This document shows positions 11,101 to 21,246 of a DNA stretch of 64,000 bases, one piece after another. The position numbers were made by a program, and so were the translations under genes. Position 1 is the stretch's first letter. Each line of letters starts with the position of its first letter. Origin of the DNA: Patescibacteria group bacterium. GTDB lineage: Bacteria; Patescibacteriota; Patescibacteriia; UBA1558; GWA2-36-10. Under the pieces are notes generated by a model. The model did not search any database. It saw only the letters and a program-made list of their open reading frames with translations, and had not been told where the DNA came from. The DNA lies in contig JAQUKX010000002.1 of the NCBI GenBank assembly GCA_028718865.1, positions 8,047 through 72,046 of the forward strand, given 5' to 3'.

Positions 11101-11815
11101 ATTTATTCTTTAGCCAATCGCCTTCTTCATTTTTAAGAGATCCGATTATATCCGCAATTTTGGCTTGCAACCTAGCAGAATACTCCTGAGCTTTTTTGTA
11201 TTCAGGGGTATTTTTTTGTTCAACTGACAGTCGACCAGCTGATTCTATCCCAGCCTCTACTGCTAAAGATTTTTTTGTACTAAATCCTTGTCCCCGCTGC
11301 TTGTCTTTTTCTTTTACAGGTAAAGCGTCTCGAATGATACTTGCCTCTTTTTTGTCTTGTCTTGGTAAAGTGGTCCTTGCTACTTGCTCTGTATCCGATC
11401 CATCAATTCTACTTGGACTGATTACTTCAGTTGAAGCCAAAGTAACAGTAGATTTTTCTTTCTCCGTAAAACTATGCAAACCAACTTCCTCGGCTTTCAA
11501 TCTACTCTCGATATTATCAATTTCCCTTTCACTATCCTTTGCCAAATTTTCAATAGCTGATTTTTTCTGATCTTCGGGGAACAAGACTTCTTCAGCCTGT
11601 AATATACCACGAACATTAACTTCAAAATCTGCCAGTATCTGCTCAATTTGAGCTATTTCTTGACCAAGATCTTTCTCCTTATTCGAACGCCACAACTCTT
11701 TCAAATTATTTACTCTGGCTGTAAGTTCAGCAATTTTACGATTGGCAAAAGTCTCTAAATCATCTTTGGATTCCAAAAATTCTTGGCCCATTATATGCTC
11801 ATTTTTATCCGACAT
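8135..11815 (-). CDS. Very large acidic coiled-coil protein with a LysM-like segment
   Basis: 1226-aa ORF rich in E/K; GADSIWR...DLVHDGDTV resembles an expanded LysM. Confidence 0.75.
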   Translation of the reverse strand: MSDKNEHIMGQEFLESKDDLETFANRKIAELTARVNNLKELWRSNKEKDLGQEIAQIEQILADFEVNVRGILQAEEVLFPEDQKKSAIENLAKDSEREIDNIESRLKAEEVGLHSFTEKEKSTVTLASTEVISPSRIDGSDTEQVARTTLPRQDKKEASIIRDALPVKEKDKQRGQGFSTKKSLAVEAGIESAGRLSVEQKNTPEYKKAQEYSARLQAKIADIIGSLKNEEGDWLKNKLNGVPQEFWFFCKDMAVNDMEGFDYQAKVDMMEKHFQKTLAEVDKLSAEYRSSKSANQAEAEKTKETNDENILEKPEEIEIGPEDVVEDKASEADNKENIVSEQPISADSVSEEVEDFNQGQLETLAADIISEAEKKIKEIREATPFVDDGAGDLIEPKEKWGELDNILTIFKNKIGQILVDDELNFEQRKKEIEDSVLELDAKLELIKEKEDEEFEKETSEEILENEGKSEKKRRKGFNLKNFKEVFSNSEQRRVAVKAIYDTIGAISGYKFAGDVVLGVFVGKGDIYNYLRQKTEIKKEKRIVKESLVKGEKDRVKQVIEDSKNISPEEKQVLLDRLESLDQKYQEKSADLEEEKKARVQEELDLYIQNKIKGVKIAKDAANLVLMQAGFGMLRGGSYLLASMIERSQKASVSYKKEASVGRGGDEAKESKNKFILRDLLANSTRETFRALSGKGKTKESRHKTMDRLEAIGTLARAAGIAYFALQGETLPIGKLLDDLRERMAGGAEDLAATLSQDAVEGTTTSSSTEAADDLSFAKLDSADMQKPDLKMATAAAESTKPVIPEKTQILEDMQIDSSEEVQSSATAEAIKTSEAQTADSSVVEQPKTVSFEKKIDSSQVRGADSIWRSARTLFRENAQGLGYTGDLEDSEALAKWAENQTANAVAALNQEQGGNLADLVHDGDTVKVELVDGEPKLIFEASSGIEAGHLSDTNVGKMFEQTSFAEGVEHELKIDTSTGDQYLEVKTEEGVYKIYDWDRDGRPDVISPDGSHQEMSSEKLSDFLAEKNISQAPAPEAPDAAEIARQARLEKIEALISKGEGSYSSDLFAVAKEQGQLDELFRSILAKGENEQASAFVRDYFQDNDLSDNKRDIFLFELKRVLTTEEIKSPEITMDKMLASFDSHTAKDFDTMAERFGTGRDSELVTINVNGQYAIVKRVDAFGGAFGRGSESFYIDTNGDNKWDLKIKGIKAMKEIFAGKKSLIKG

Positions 11816-11820
11816 AATAT

Positions 11821-11997
11821 TTAAAATTGAGTATTAATTTTATCTAAAATGGCATCAATCTCATCTTTTTCCCTAGAGTCAATACGTTTTTTTATCTTTA
11901 AATCAACACTTTTTTCCACTTTATCTATCTTAGCCAAAGCTTCTTGGTAAGCTGTTTCTATCAGTTGTTTGGTGTTTTGATTTTTTTTGCCGTACAT
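11821..11997 (-). CDS. Small helical hypothetical protein (58 aa), absent from the ORF track
   Basis: MYGKKNQNTKQLIETAYQEALAKIDKVEK...; tightly packed between its neighbours. Confidence 0.6.
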   Translation of the reverse strand: MYGKKNQNTKQLIETAYQEALAKIDKVEKSVDLKIKKRIDSREKDEIDAILDKINTQF

Positions 11998-11999
11998 AA

Positions 12000-12326
12000 T
12001 TATAAATTATCAGTCAGCTTTTTCATTTTTTCAATAGTATCATTATCCAAATCCGCTTGCTTTTCTTGATACTCACTTTCTATAGCAGTCAAATTTTTTT
12101 TAAAATCACTATCGGTCTGACCAGTTTCTTGACTTAGATGCTGTGCTTCCAAAATATCTAGCAACTCTTCTACTTGCTCCAAAGACATTTCTGGTAAAAG
12201 TGCCAACCAAGCTTCTTTTTGCTCTTGAGGCATCTTGGACTGAGAAAGAAAAAAAGCTAGCTTTTGTCCTTTGTCTTTTGCTAGCTCTTCTAGTTTTTTT
12301 TGCTCTGAATTTTCCATTTTAATCAA
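12000..12326 (-). CDS. Small acidic helical hypothetical protein
   Basis: 108-aa ORF, first gene of an apparent three-gene operon. Confidence 0.7.
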   Translation of the reverse strand: MIKMENSEQKKLEELAKDKGQKLAFFLSQSKMPQEQKEAWLALLPEMSLEQVEELLDILEAQHLSQETGQTDSDFKKNLTAIESEYQEKQADLDNDTIEKMKKLTDNL

Positions 12327-12383
12327 AATTACTGCTTATTTCACTGCTTTTATTATAATATAAAATAGCAAAAAAAGAAAATA

Positions 12384-12430
12384 CCGCCGGCGCTTTTCGT
12401 CAAGATGTGTCTTGACTTAAGCGCCGGCGG
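12384..12430 (-). terminator. Intrinsic terminator of the SPFH-like gene
   Basis: CCGCCGGCGCTT...AAGCGCCGGCGG stem followed by a T-rich tract on the minus strand. Confidence 0.7.
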
Positions 12431-12467
12431 CGTGTGTTTAGGGTTTTACCCCCTTTCTAGGTAGTGG

Positions 12468-14306
12468 TTACGACGTCGGCGGAGTTACACCACCGGTCTT
12501 GAAAATCTTGCCCAAGCTCTCCATGAGCTCAGGCGGCAGGGCGGCGAAGAAACGGTTTTGGCCCTCAAACAATTTAAGAGCCATGTGATACCTCATTGCC
12601 GCCTGCATATCACCGCCAAGAGCTGCGGCCAAAGGCTCTAGGGTAGAGAGAATGGCTTTGCCCTCTCCCTTAGCCTTTTGATCAACACCCTCTCCTTCCT
12701 GAAGCATCTGCAGCACCTTTGTCTGGGCTGCCTTGAGCTTCTCCTGAGCATCACGAATGGCCTCAGGAGGATTGATATCACCAGTCCGCAGCGAGTAGAC
12801 ATGAAATCCCAGGCTCTTCAAATCATCATAGACATATTGACGGAAGGAAACTGGTTTCCCGTCCATCAAAAATCTCTTATTTGAAGTGAGGAGCCGGGCG
12901 AACAAGGCCTGATCCATAGTCATACGACTAAGAAAACGGGCCAGAGCGGGCCACAAAGACCTCCGCTTGATGAGGTTCTCTTTGTCCTTCCTATCTTCGT
13001 CCTTGAGACGAAGAAAGTTCTCCTTGTCCTCTTTCCTGGGCCAGGTGAAGACCGACAGGTTGATTTCGACCTCCACTTCTGGACCGGCTTCTACGCTGAC
13101 CTTTTTACCGCCATCGCTGCCCTCGTATTTCATAATCCCAGAATCAAAATCGTCCGATTCGGGATAAGGAATGCGACTGGTCGGCAATTTCTCGCTCTTA
13201 AACGTGTCAAGTTCCCAAACTTCTTCCCTGAAGATATAGGCTCGCACTATTGCGCTCGGAAGCCAGACCGAGATCAGACTCAACCAAATGCCTTTACGGA
13301 AGCAATGGAGATCTTCTCCTTTCTTAATGAGGTAAACCTTCTGTGTCTTTCCATCTTCTTCTATGTCTTGCTCCAGCTCGAACATATCCTTCTTTTCCTC
13401 GCCCCAAAAATAGAAGATCGGGTCATAGACATCGCTGCCAAACCACTCATAGACCAAGCTATGAGCAGTGGGCAACTTGATCAATGCGGAAAGTAGATAG
13501 AGTACGATTACAACTAGTGGGGTAAGGATGATGCCAAGACCACCAAACATCGTCTTGGGAGAGACAATGCTGATGATAATGGTGAGGTTGAACAGAAGGA
13601 AGCAGATGAGAGGTGGATAGAAGAAAAGAAATTTGAAGGCGAATGGCTCCCTACTAATCGGATCTAGAGTTACTAGCCACTGCCCCTGCTTAATGGCCTG
13701 TATGATTCTGATGCTAGCCAAAACCGCAATCAGAATAACAGCAATGAGCTTCCCGATAGGGATATCAGGAGTCTCTACTGTCGTCCCAAAACTGAAGCCA
13801 ATCTTTCCCCTGATCACCGTGTACACCACGGCAATCAGAGCAACGCTAAGAAGTGCATTCCAGCGTCGACGCCGGAACCAGAAGATACCACCGACCCAAA
13901 GAGCCAGCAGCAGGGCTACCAAATCTTGCCAAATAGGCACTTCCTCCTTGGTCACCTTGCCGCCAGTGGTACTGGCGACAGCACCAGAAGTGGAATCAAT
14001 CACTTCCGATACAGTACCTGACCCGGACTTCAACCAGCTGGGCCAGCTTGGCTTGCCCAGCATTTCCGACAAGGGCAGATCCGCCATCAGAAAAATGAAG
14101 CAAATGCCCACGAAGGCGATGAAGCTCCAGCCCATCACCATGCCCCACTCGACATAGTGACGGTTCTTGCGTTCGTCCTTCTTGCGGTACATCAGGATGA
14201 AAAACCCGATCACCAAGAGAAGGAATAGGGGCCAGGTAGACCCCAGTTTGAAGATTTCAATGCCTTCACGCATGAAGGCAACGTCACTGTCGTGAATGAG
14301 CTTCAT
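12468..14306 (-). CDS. Multi-TM membrane protein with a C-terminal SPFH/band-7-like domain (GC-richer orphan)
   Basis: Many N-terminal TMs; LGFHVYSLRTGDINPPEAIRDAQEK...KAKGEGKAI resembles the end of an SPFH domain. Confidence 0.65.
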   Translation of the reverse strand: MKLIHDSDVAFMREGIEIFKLGSTWPLFLLLVIGFFILMYRKKDERKNRHYVEWGMVMGWSFIAFVGICFIFLMADLPLSEMLGKPSWPSWLKSGSGTVSEVIDSTSGAVASTTGGKVTKEEVPIWQDLVALLLALWVGGIFWFRRRRWNALLSVALIAVVYTVIRGKIGFSFGTTVETPDIPIGKLIAVILIAVLASIRIIQAIKQGQWLVTLDPISREPFAFKFLFFYPPLICFLLFNLTIIISIVSPKTMFGGLGIILTPLVVIVLYLLSALIKLPTAHSLVYEWFGSDVYDPIFYFWGEEKKDMFELEQDIEEDGKTQKVYLIKKGEDLHCFRKGIWLSLISVWLPSAIVRAYIFREEVWELDTFKSEKLPTSRIPYPESDDFDSGIMKYEGSDGGKKVSVEAGPEVEVEINLSVFTWPRKEDKENFLRLKDEDRKDKENLIKRRSLWPALARFLSRMTMDQALFARLLTSNKRFLMDGKPVSFRQYVYDDLKSLGFHVYSLRTGDINPPEAIRDAQEKLKAAQTKVLQMLQEGEGVDQKAKGEGKAILSTLEPLAAALGGDMQAAMRYHMALKLFEGQNRFFAALPPELMESLGKIFKTGGVTPPTS

Positions 14307-14417
14307 TTCTGCCTGCCCTTCTCCGAACTTCAGCTCGGATTGCTTGTTTGTCTATCAACTAACTACCTAGAATGTCAATGTCCGTTTCCAAGGTCTAATT
14401 ACCTTAGATAACATAGA

Positions 14418-14446
14418 ATTATATCATATTTTCAATATATTGTCAA
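14418..14446 (-). promoter_or_regulatory. Consensus sigma70 promoter TTGACA-17-TATAAT
   Basis: Exact consensus on the minus strand upstream of the SPFH-like gene. Confidence 0.8.
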
Positions 14447-14519
14447 TATAAAAATAAGCTAATTTTAGCTTTAAAATTAGCAAAAAAATAAATAGACTAA
14501 ATTAAAATTATTAACAAGA

Positions 14520-15380
14520 TTATTTTTGACAATTCAGACAAAAATGAGTACCTCTGCCAGCCAACTTGATTTTTTCTATTTTCCCCTGACAAGAAAAACA
14601 TTGCTCCCCTTTTCGCCCGTAAACTTTAAGATAAAAAGAAAAATTTCCTTTTTTATTTTCCACATCCCGATAATCACTAAAAGTCGTCCCCTTTTTAGCT
14701 ATTGCTTTTTTAATAATATAATCAGTGGCTTTAAAAATTTTCTTTAATTCTTTTTCCTTTAGCTTATCAGCGTTTCTATCTGGCCTTAGTCCGGCTCGGA
14801 AACAAATTTCATCAACATAAATATTACCTAAGCCCGCAATCAGTTTTTGATTTAGCAAAAGAGCTTTAAGTGGTGTTTTCCGGTCAATAAAAATTTTCCT
14901 AAAATTATTCCAAGTAAAATTTTTTTGTCCCGGCTCAATGCCAAATTTTGCTTCAATCAATCTCCTGTCTTTTTTCTTGATTAGTTGCAAATAACCAAAT
15001 TGACGCAAGTCATTATAAAAAAGGCGCGAGTCATCACTAAAACTAAAAATAACATGAGAAAATTTATTGGGTAGATTTTCACTTACAGGCGGCCAGTTGT
15101 GTCCGCCCGCCAACAAATCGTCCGTCGAAGAATAAATCAATTGCCCGGTCATTTTCAAATGCACTAAAAGCAACTTGTCCCCTTTTTTAAGCTCAAAAAT
15201 AAGTAGTTTGCCTATTCTGTCTATTTTACTAAAACTATTATTTTGCAAAACAGTTGTAAAAAGGCGATCAGTATTTCTGACCAAATTACTCTTTTTTATT
15301 TGCACACGGTTTATTTTTTTGCCTAGTATATTAGCTGACAAACCGCGGCGTATTGTTTCTACTTCTGGTAATTCTGGCAT
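14520..15380 (-). CDS. mutM: Formamidopyrimidine-DNA glycosylase
   Basis: MPELPEVET, HLKMTG, GLGNIYVDE, C-terminal zinc finger. Confidence 0.97.
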   Translation of the reverse strand: MPELPEVETIRRGLSANILGKKINRVQIKKSNLVRNTDRLFTTVLQNNSFSKIDRIGKLLIFELKKGDKLLLVHLKMTGQLIYSSTDDLLAGGHNWPPVSENLPNKFSHVIFSFSDDSRLFYNDLRQFGYLQLIKKKDRRLIEAKFGIEPGQKNFTWNNFRKIFIDRKTPLKALLLNQKLIAGLGNIYVDEICFRAGLRPDRNADKLKEKELKKIFKATDYIIKKAIAKKGTTFSDYRDVENKKGNFSFYLKVYGRKGEQCFSCQGKIEKIKLAGRGTHFCLNCQK

Positions 15381-15400
15381 ATAAAAGAATTATAAACAAA

Positions 15401-15434
15401 AGCCACCCGCCCGGCAAGCGCCGGGCGGGTGGCT
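15401..15434 (-). terminator. Intrinsic terminator / GC palindrome
   Basis: AGCCACCCGCCCGGC AAGC GCCGGGCGGGTGGCT followed by Ts on the minus strand. Confidence 0.7.
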
Positions 15435-15471
15435 AAAAATCTGTATTAGCTGATTTTTATATTATCTGCTC

Positions 15472-18400
15472 TTAGTATTTGGCCAAAACCTCAAAACTGA
15501 CATCAATGATATTCTGGCCAGCATACTTCATCAACTCTTCCAAACTGCTGATATGATGTTTTTTACCTTCTTTTATCAGATAAACTTTTTTATCTGGGGA
15601 ACGCAATAAACTACCATCAGCATATTCTTTTACTCCTGAGACCTGACCAGTCCAATCTGGATAGATATCCATTACCCGATAATCAACATTATAAATTCTC
15701 TTTCCAGAGTAATATTTTTTCAAATATTCCAGAGTAGGAATATGCCATTTTTGTTGATCTCTAATGTCATAAACTGACATTTTTGGATCACACTCACTGC
15801 GGATAAGGGTGCCATTGGGAAAATGAAATACGCCTATAATATCTTTATCCACTCCTTGTGATCCGCTGGGATGAAGTACTGGCTGACAGGTCTTTTCGCC
15901 CAAAACCTGAGGAGGAATTGTCTCTTCTCCTTCTATCTTATCGCCGAGCACTTGGCCGCAGCTTTCAGCTGATGGGGTGGCAAAAGAAATAATCTGGCTG
16001 CTGGAAACTCCGCTTTCATACTGCGCCTGGCTTAATATTTGGTAATAATAAGTGGTGCCAAAAGCCAAGCCGCTTAATGTAAAGGAATGAGTAGTGTTGT
16101 ATTCACTATTTTTACTTTCACTACCCAAGGGCTCGCTTTGGCCGTATTTCAACCAAGTCAAAGAATTTCTATTGGTGTTCCAGTTGATAACCGTGGCTTC
16201 ACAGCTGACGTCTGCCAAAACACTGGAGATAATGGGCGGAGTTGTCGAACCGCCGCCACCGCTACCACCGGTAGGACCAACTGGATCCTGTGGATCTTGA
16301 GGATCTTCTGGATCCTCAGGATCAGTAGTACACGTTGGGAAAGGAGGCACATAATGGAGATAACAGGCATGGTTATCATTTTGCAACTGGGCAAACAAAG
16401 CCAAGTCGGTCAAATTGATATAACCGTCATTATTTAAGTCAAAAACATGAAAATAGTTATCGTCACCTTTGACTGAACCAAAGCTATCATTAATTCCCTG
16501 TTCTAGCCCACCGCACCAGCCAACATTAGGATCTTCACATTGGAAGTAGAATTCCTTAACCTCGCTGGTCATGTTTTCAAAATGCTGGTAACAATTTAAG
16601 TCGTTTCCCTCTAAATACAATTGGTAAGCTAAGTCTAAATCTAATGAATTAACAACTCCGTCGTTGTTAATATCAGATACATTGTTGTATCTTTCATCTA
16701 AAATATCTGAGCTAACTATACCCAAAAGAGCGCTGCACCAAGGAGCGTAAGGCTTTTCTGGATCATCAGGATTTCCACCTTGTTCACGTTCATTTACAAA
16801 GGTTAAGATATGGTAATTATTCTCTTGATTATAATCAACCATGAAATAACTTGGGTTGTTTGGCTCTACTTGAGTCCAACCGTCTTGCATGGTTTCGGTT
16901 CCTTTATAAACTCCGTAAGGCACATCAGTAAACAACACGCAGCCGTCATCACCTGTAATACCACTATAAACCATTCTGACTTCTATATCGTCCAGATAAC
17001 CGCCAAAAGAATTGCTGGTTCCCAAATCAGCAAATCTGATTTTGGTAGTTGCTCCTTGAGCAGTAAAATTGGCTTCATACAACTGCCAATCAGTTTCTGC
17101 TCCGCCAACAGCAGTAGCGCCGATAGTCTGACCCCACAAAAGATTGGCGCCAGCTAAGACCTCAATACCAATGGTATTATCACCAGCTGGTCTGCCAGGT
17201 CTTGGTGAATACCAGAATTTCAAATTATAATCTTCTCCGGCTACAGTACTAATGTTTTGGAAAATAACCGAGGAATTATTACTATCCAATTCTGCCAGCT
17301 GATTGCCTCCATGAGAAGCGCCAGCGGCATTGTTTTGGATTTCTAGACCATCACCTGATTCTACTTCCCAAGATGTCAAAGAAGCATTGGGATAAATAGC
17401 CCAGGTACCAGAAGCCAAAACCGGAGTTTCAAAACCGCCATTTACAATCAAATTAGCTCCAGACAAATTCATTTGCCAACCTGACAAAGGATTTTGTTCT
17501 GTGTCCATTTTACACATTTTAATGCCAGTTGGATCTTCTGGCTCCTCACCTTCTTTTAAGGCGTTTATCGCCACACAATAGTAAGTAGTGTCAGAGGCAA
17601 TATCTATCCATTCAGCATTGTCATAATTCAAGACATCGCTATGGCACCAAAACTCCGCACTGACATCGCTGCCTGGGGCACTAGGATATTCATCTGAAGG
17701 AAAGGAAAAAGGAATATAAGCTTCTTGCAATACCTCTCTAAACCATAATCTACTAGGCATATCTTCAGTAGCCACCTGCACTTGGGCTGGCTGGCCGCTA
17801 GGACCGGTCTGAGTGTCAAAATCATACCAGCCAGCATTTACATGCTTGCCGACAAAATTTCCTGGGAGACCAAGCAAGCTATCGTTTTTACCCCACTGAA
17901 ATTCCCAATTCTCTTGAAATCGGCATTTGCCGTCAGAGTTATCTACAATTTGCTGGGCAGTAGTAGCTGTGATATTAGCTCCACTGCTTAGGTTAGGCAG
18001 GTCTTCTTCGCTGTCACAGACTATTTTGTGAGCCAAAATAGTGGTAGTAGGCACCTGCGGTTCATCACACTGAACCGTCAAGGAAACTGTATTACCTGGA
18101 ACATTGGTAGTCGGGTGGTTGTTATTTTTTTTGTAACGAGCTGTTACGGAAAAATAATAAGTCTGTCCGCACTCTAAATTACCGCCAAAATCTCCTCCAT
18201 TATAATTAGCGTTGGACTTAGGAACTACTCTTGATTTCTCATTTTTATTTGTAATCGCTGGCGGCATATAACCGTCATCTGGATAAGACAGAGTGTCCGG
18301 ACTAGGGTCAGTCTCGGAAACAATCACCTTATACTGATAAAAATGATTATGAGAGCTTATATCCCAACTAACTAAGACATCGCCGTTTTGGTCAAACTGG

Positions 18401-18852
18401 GCGCTGACTACTGGCGCCGGATAATTAATACACTCCCCCTGATAATCACCATGACCCTGGTGAGCTGGCCAAGCATTAGTATTAATTGTCATAGTTTGAG
18501 GGTTGCCTGGATTTCCCGGCGGAAAATGACAAATGGTCATATTGTTGCCTTGACCAAAATTCCCAAAAACGGAAAAGAGGCCAAATAACTCTGAGGAATC
18601 ATGATCGTCTAAATCTGAATCCTCTTCTTTCTGATCCTGACTAAGATCAGGCTCGTTATTCTCTGGATTATCGCTGATTTCTTTGGTCAGCTCCAATGGC
18701 AGAGACAACCCTTGCTCTTCTGTTACTTCTCCCAGTTCCTGGGCTTTGGCAACATTAAAGCCGGTATTAAAAGATACCGACGCAAAAGAATTGCCAACAA
18801 CCAAAGACAAGAGAAGAAAAGAAAACAGGCTGTTTTTCAAAACATATCTCAT
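15472..18852 (-). CDS. Large secreted/surface mosaic protein (FN3-like, DUF642/CBM-like, SdrD-B-like, dockerin-like repeats)
   Basis: Signal peptide; TICHFPPGNP motif; NLIVNGGFETP...LDDIEV; DINNDGVVNSLD and DLNNDGYINLTD; P/D/G linker; GQVLG motifs. Confidence 0.75.
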   Translation of the reverse strand: MRYVLKNSLFSFLLLSLVVGNSFASVSFNTGFNVAKAQELGEVTEEQGLSLPLELTKEISDNPENNEPDLSQDQKEEDSDLDDHDSSELFGLFSVFGNFGQGNNMTICHFPPGNPGNPQTMTINTNAWPAHQGHGDYQGECINYPAPVVSAQFDQNGDVLVSWDISSHNHFYQYKVIVSETDPSPDTLSYPDDGYMPPAITNKNEKSRVVPKSNANYNGGDFGGNLECGQTYYFSVTARYKKNNNHPTTNVPGNTVSLTVQCDEPQVPTTTILAHKIVCDSEEDLPNLSSGANITATTAQQIVDNSDGKCRFQENWEFQWGKNDSLLGLPGNFVGKHVNAGWYDFDTQTGPSGQPAQVQVATEDMPSRLWFREVLQEAYIPFSFPSDEYPSAPGSDVSAEFWCHSDVLNYDNAEWIDIASDTTYYCVAINALKEGEEPEDPTGIKMCKMDTEQNPLSGWQMNLSGANLIVNGGFETPVLASGTWAIYPNASLTSWEVESGDGLEIQNNAAGASHGGNQLAELDSNNSSVIFQNISTVAGEDYNLKFWYSPRPGRPAGDNTIGIEVLAGANLLWGQTIGATAVGGAETDWQLYEANFTAQGATTKIRFADLGTSNSFGGYLDDIEVRMVYSGITGDDGCVLFTDVPYGVYKGTETMQDGWTQVEPNNPSYFMVDYNQENNYHILTFVNEREQGGNPDDPEKPYAPWCSALLGIVSSDILDERYNNVSDINNDGVVNSLDLDLAYQLYLEGNDLNCYQHFENMTSEVKEFYFQCEDPNVGWCGGLEQGINDSFGSVKGDDNYFHVFDLNNDGYINLTDLALFAQLQNDNHACYLHYVPPFPTCTTDPEDPEDPQDPQDPVGPTGGSGGGGSTTPPIISSVLADVSCEATVINWNTNRNSLTWLKYGQSEPLGSESKNSEYNTTHSFTLSGLAFGTTYYYQILSQAQYESGVSSSQIISFATPSAESCGQVLGDKIEGEETIPPQVLGEKTCQPVLHPSGSQGVDKDIIGVFHFPNGTLIRSECDPKMSVYDIRDQQKWHIPTLEYLKKYYSGKRIYNVDYRVMDIYPDWTGQVSGVKEYADGSLLRSPDKKVYLIKEGKKHHISSLEELMKYAGQNIIDVSFEVLAKY

Positions 18853-19052
18853 ATTTTTTAAATAAGCTTAATTAGTTATTATATGTTAATTTTTATTAGT
18901 AAAATAACTATCTATAATAATATATCTTTACAAAAAAGTCAAGCTACTCCTTAAATATCTATAATTTGCCAATAAAAACTAGGATTTAACAGCCTTTTTA
19001 TTTTTGTTTTTATTATGTTAGAAAACAGCTTACACCTAAAATATATAACTAA

Positions 19053-20918
19053 CTAGAAAATTGTCAACAGACCCATCAACAACACAAAAGCCAGTCCAGA
19101 AACAATAGTGGGATAATGCTGTTTTCTGATATGGATAAAAATATTGAGAGTCAAAGCAATAATGCCTAAAATCATCAATAATCTGAAGTAAATAGAGCTC
19201 ACATCAAACAAGGGCTTGATAAACTCCGACTGATTGACGCTCAAAAACATATAATCTTCAAACGGCTTGTTGTCCACTGGCGTGATATTTTCCCAAGATA
19301 TATTCTGAGTCAAGCTATTGCCGGCTATATCGCTGACAGTCAAACTAGGTAAAACTATAGGACTGAAAACTTCTTTATAAGTTTTTCCGCTGATCATAAT
19401 ATTGCCTATCCATCGGCCAGGATAAGAAAAATCCGGTTCCAGATTTATCTGATAATCACTAAAGATAAAAATCGCTTCACTAGCATCCGAGCTCAAATAA
19501 GCCGCTACCTTCACCAATAAATCTTCTCCATTGCCCGGCTGACTGACCAGTACTTGAGTTTTTTGATGATCAATCACTGGCGGCGTTCTATCTATATTAA
19601 TATTATAAACCATGGAAAAAGCGCTTCTGTCGCCGGACCAAGCCTGGACTCTCAATCTATGCTCGCCTTCTGCTAATTCTAATTGACCTGCAAAAACTCC
19701 CGGCTGGCCGGCTGGGACAATCTCCATGATTAACTCACTATCAGAAAATAGCAGTATTTTTTCCGCTCCGGCTGCCAAAACCTGAATAGGCACAATATTT
19801 TCTTTCAAAAAGCCGTTATTGGCCGGGTAAACCAAAACCGGCAAAGGTAAAGCAAGGATAATTTCCTGGGCTGGCTTTTCCTCATAAGTCGGCAATCCAG
19901 GCAAAGATGGCTGACCCCTATAATCAGCTTGATCAACTTGGTCAGCTTGTCCCAAAACTTCATCTACCGGAGCTGGCAAAGACTCAGGCATAGGCTGACT
20001 GACTGTTTCTACGTCTATTTTTGAATTATAATCCTCTGTTTTTGGCGCTGTTGGTTTAGGATCTTCAATAGCTGCTACCACTTGTGAAGGCTGGCCAAAA
20101 TACTGGGCAATCAAAGTAGTGGGGAAACCCTTGTACTCACCGCTCACTACTCCCACTCCTATTTGGGTAAATTCCGGATCAACTATGTTGGCATAATGAG
20201 TCGGAGACTTAACCCAAGCATCTACTACTTTTTGAGGATCATCAAAACCTATGGCCAAATTCTCACCAGCTACCCTAAAAGCATAATTATGACTGAACAA
20301 CCAGTGACGCAAGGATTTATTATCTGGGCCTACATGGGCAAAATATTGATAAACAAGCATGTCTTGAGCCTTGTCCAAAGCCGCCTGAGTCAAAGCCTGA
20401 TTTTCTTCCAAAACCGGCAAACTAGCTTGTGTTCTAATTCCATTGGTCAAGCTGATTATTTTCTGAGCCTGTTGACGCAAAACATCTGGAGAAAACCAAG
20501 CTTGTACTGGAAAAGACAACAAAAAAGCCACCATGACCAATTTTATTACCACCGCGGAAAAAGCGTGAAAAAATAATCTTTTGGGATGTAGAGATTTGGG
20601 TCGGTAATTATTGGACAGGCTAGGAATAAATAAATCCGCCAAAGTACCGGGACCCTTGGGGTTTAAGCCCATTTTGACAGCCAAGCCGTCTGGTATTCCA
20701 TCGCCGGAGCTATCGGGATTATTAGGATCAGTACCGTAAACTTTTACTTCCTGATAATCTCCCAAGCCGTCATTATCTGAGTCGGGATTATAAGGGTCAG
20801 TACCATGAACATAAAGCTCGTCATGATCGCTCAACCCATCAGCATCTGAGTCTAAAAATTTCTTTGCTTCCTTATCTGCTTCGCTATCGTTAAATTTTTT
20901 GTCTTTTTTCTTAGACAT
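19053..20918 (-). CDS. CAP (SCP) domain membrane protein with N-terminal TSP3-like Ca-binding repeats
   Basis: DSDADGLSD/GTDPYNPDSDNDGL repeats; YFAH...AGENLA...WVKSPTHYANI. Confidence 0.88.
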   Translation of the reverse strand: MSKKKDKKFNDSEADKEAKKFLDSDADGLSDHDELYVHGTDPYNPDSDNDGLGDYQEVKVYGTDPNNPDSSGDGIPDGLAVKMGLNPKGPGTLADLFIPSLSNNYRPKSLHPKRLFFHAFSAVVIKLVMVAFLLSFPVQAWFSPDVLRQQAQKIISLTNGIRTQASLPVLEENQALTQAALDKAQDMLVYQYFAHVGPDNKSLRHWLFSHNYAFRVAGENLAIGFDDPQKVVDAWVKSPTHYANIVDPEFTQIGVGVVSGEYKGFPTTLIAQYFGQPSQVVAAIEDPKPTAPKTEDYNSKIDVETVSQPMPESLPAPVDEVLGQADQVDQADYRGQPSLPGLPTYEEKPAQEIILALPLPVLVYPANNGFLKENIVPIQVLAAGAEKILLFSDSELIMEIVPAGQPGVFAGQLELAEGEHRLRVQAWSGDRSAFSMVYNINIDRTPPVIDHQKTQVLVSQPGNGEDLLVKVAAYLSSDASEAIFIFSDYQINLEPDFSYPGRWIGNIMISGKTYKEVFSPIVLPSLTVSDIAGNSLTQNISWENITPVDNKPFEDYMFLSVNQSEFIKPLFDVSSIYFRLLMILGIIALTLNIFIHIRKQHYPTIVSGLAFVLLMGLLTIF

Positions 20919-21024
20919 CTACGCTTTTTAATTTAACATATAATTAAATCACAAATATAAAATATTGTCAAGAGAAACTAATATTTAAAATGAGTCATTT
21001 AATTATACCATATAATACTGATGT

Positions 21025-21246
21025 TTATTCTAATTTTCTTTCTAATTTTTGCCCTTTTGACTTCCTAAGCTCTATTTCCATTATTAACTGTTCAATAGCC
21101 TCATCAATAGTCTGATCCCCCAAGCCTTGTCTTTGCAGACGCAAAAGATGATTGGTGACTTCAGCTAATTCTTCTGGAGTCATTAATTCTGCTGCCTTAT
21201 TTTTTTCTTCCTCTTGCTTAGGTATAAAATTTTTCTGATTTTCCAT
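21025..21246 (-). CDS. Hypothetical protein
   Basis: 73-aa ORF with typical composition. Confidence 0.55.
   Translation of the reverse strand: MENQKNFIPKQEEEKNKAAELMTPEELAEVTNHLLRLQRQGLGDQTIDEAIEQLIMEIELRKSKGQKLERKLE

Noticed and set aside
16281-16325. GGATC-rich repeats in the surface-protein gene
   Set aside because: Simply encode the DPEDPEDPQDPQDP linker.
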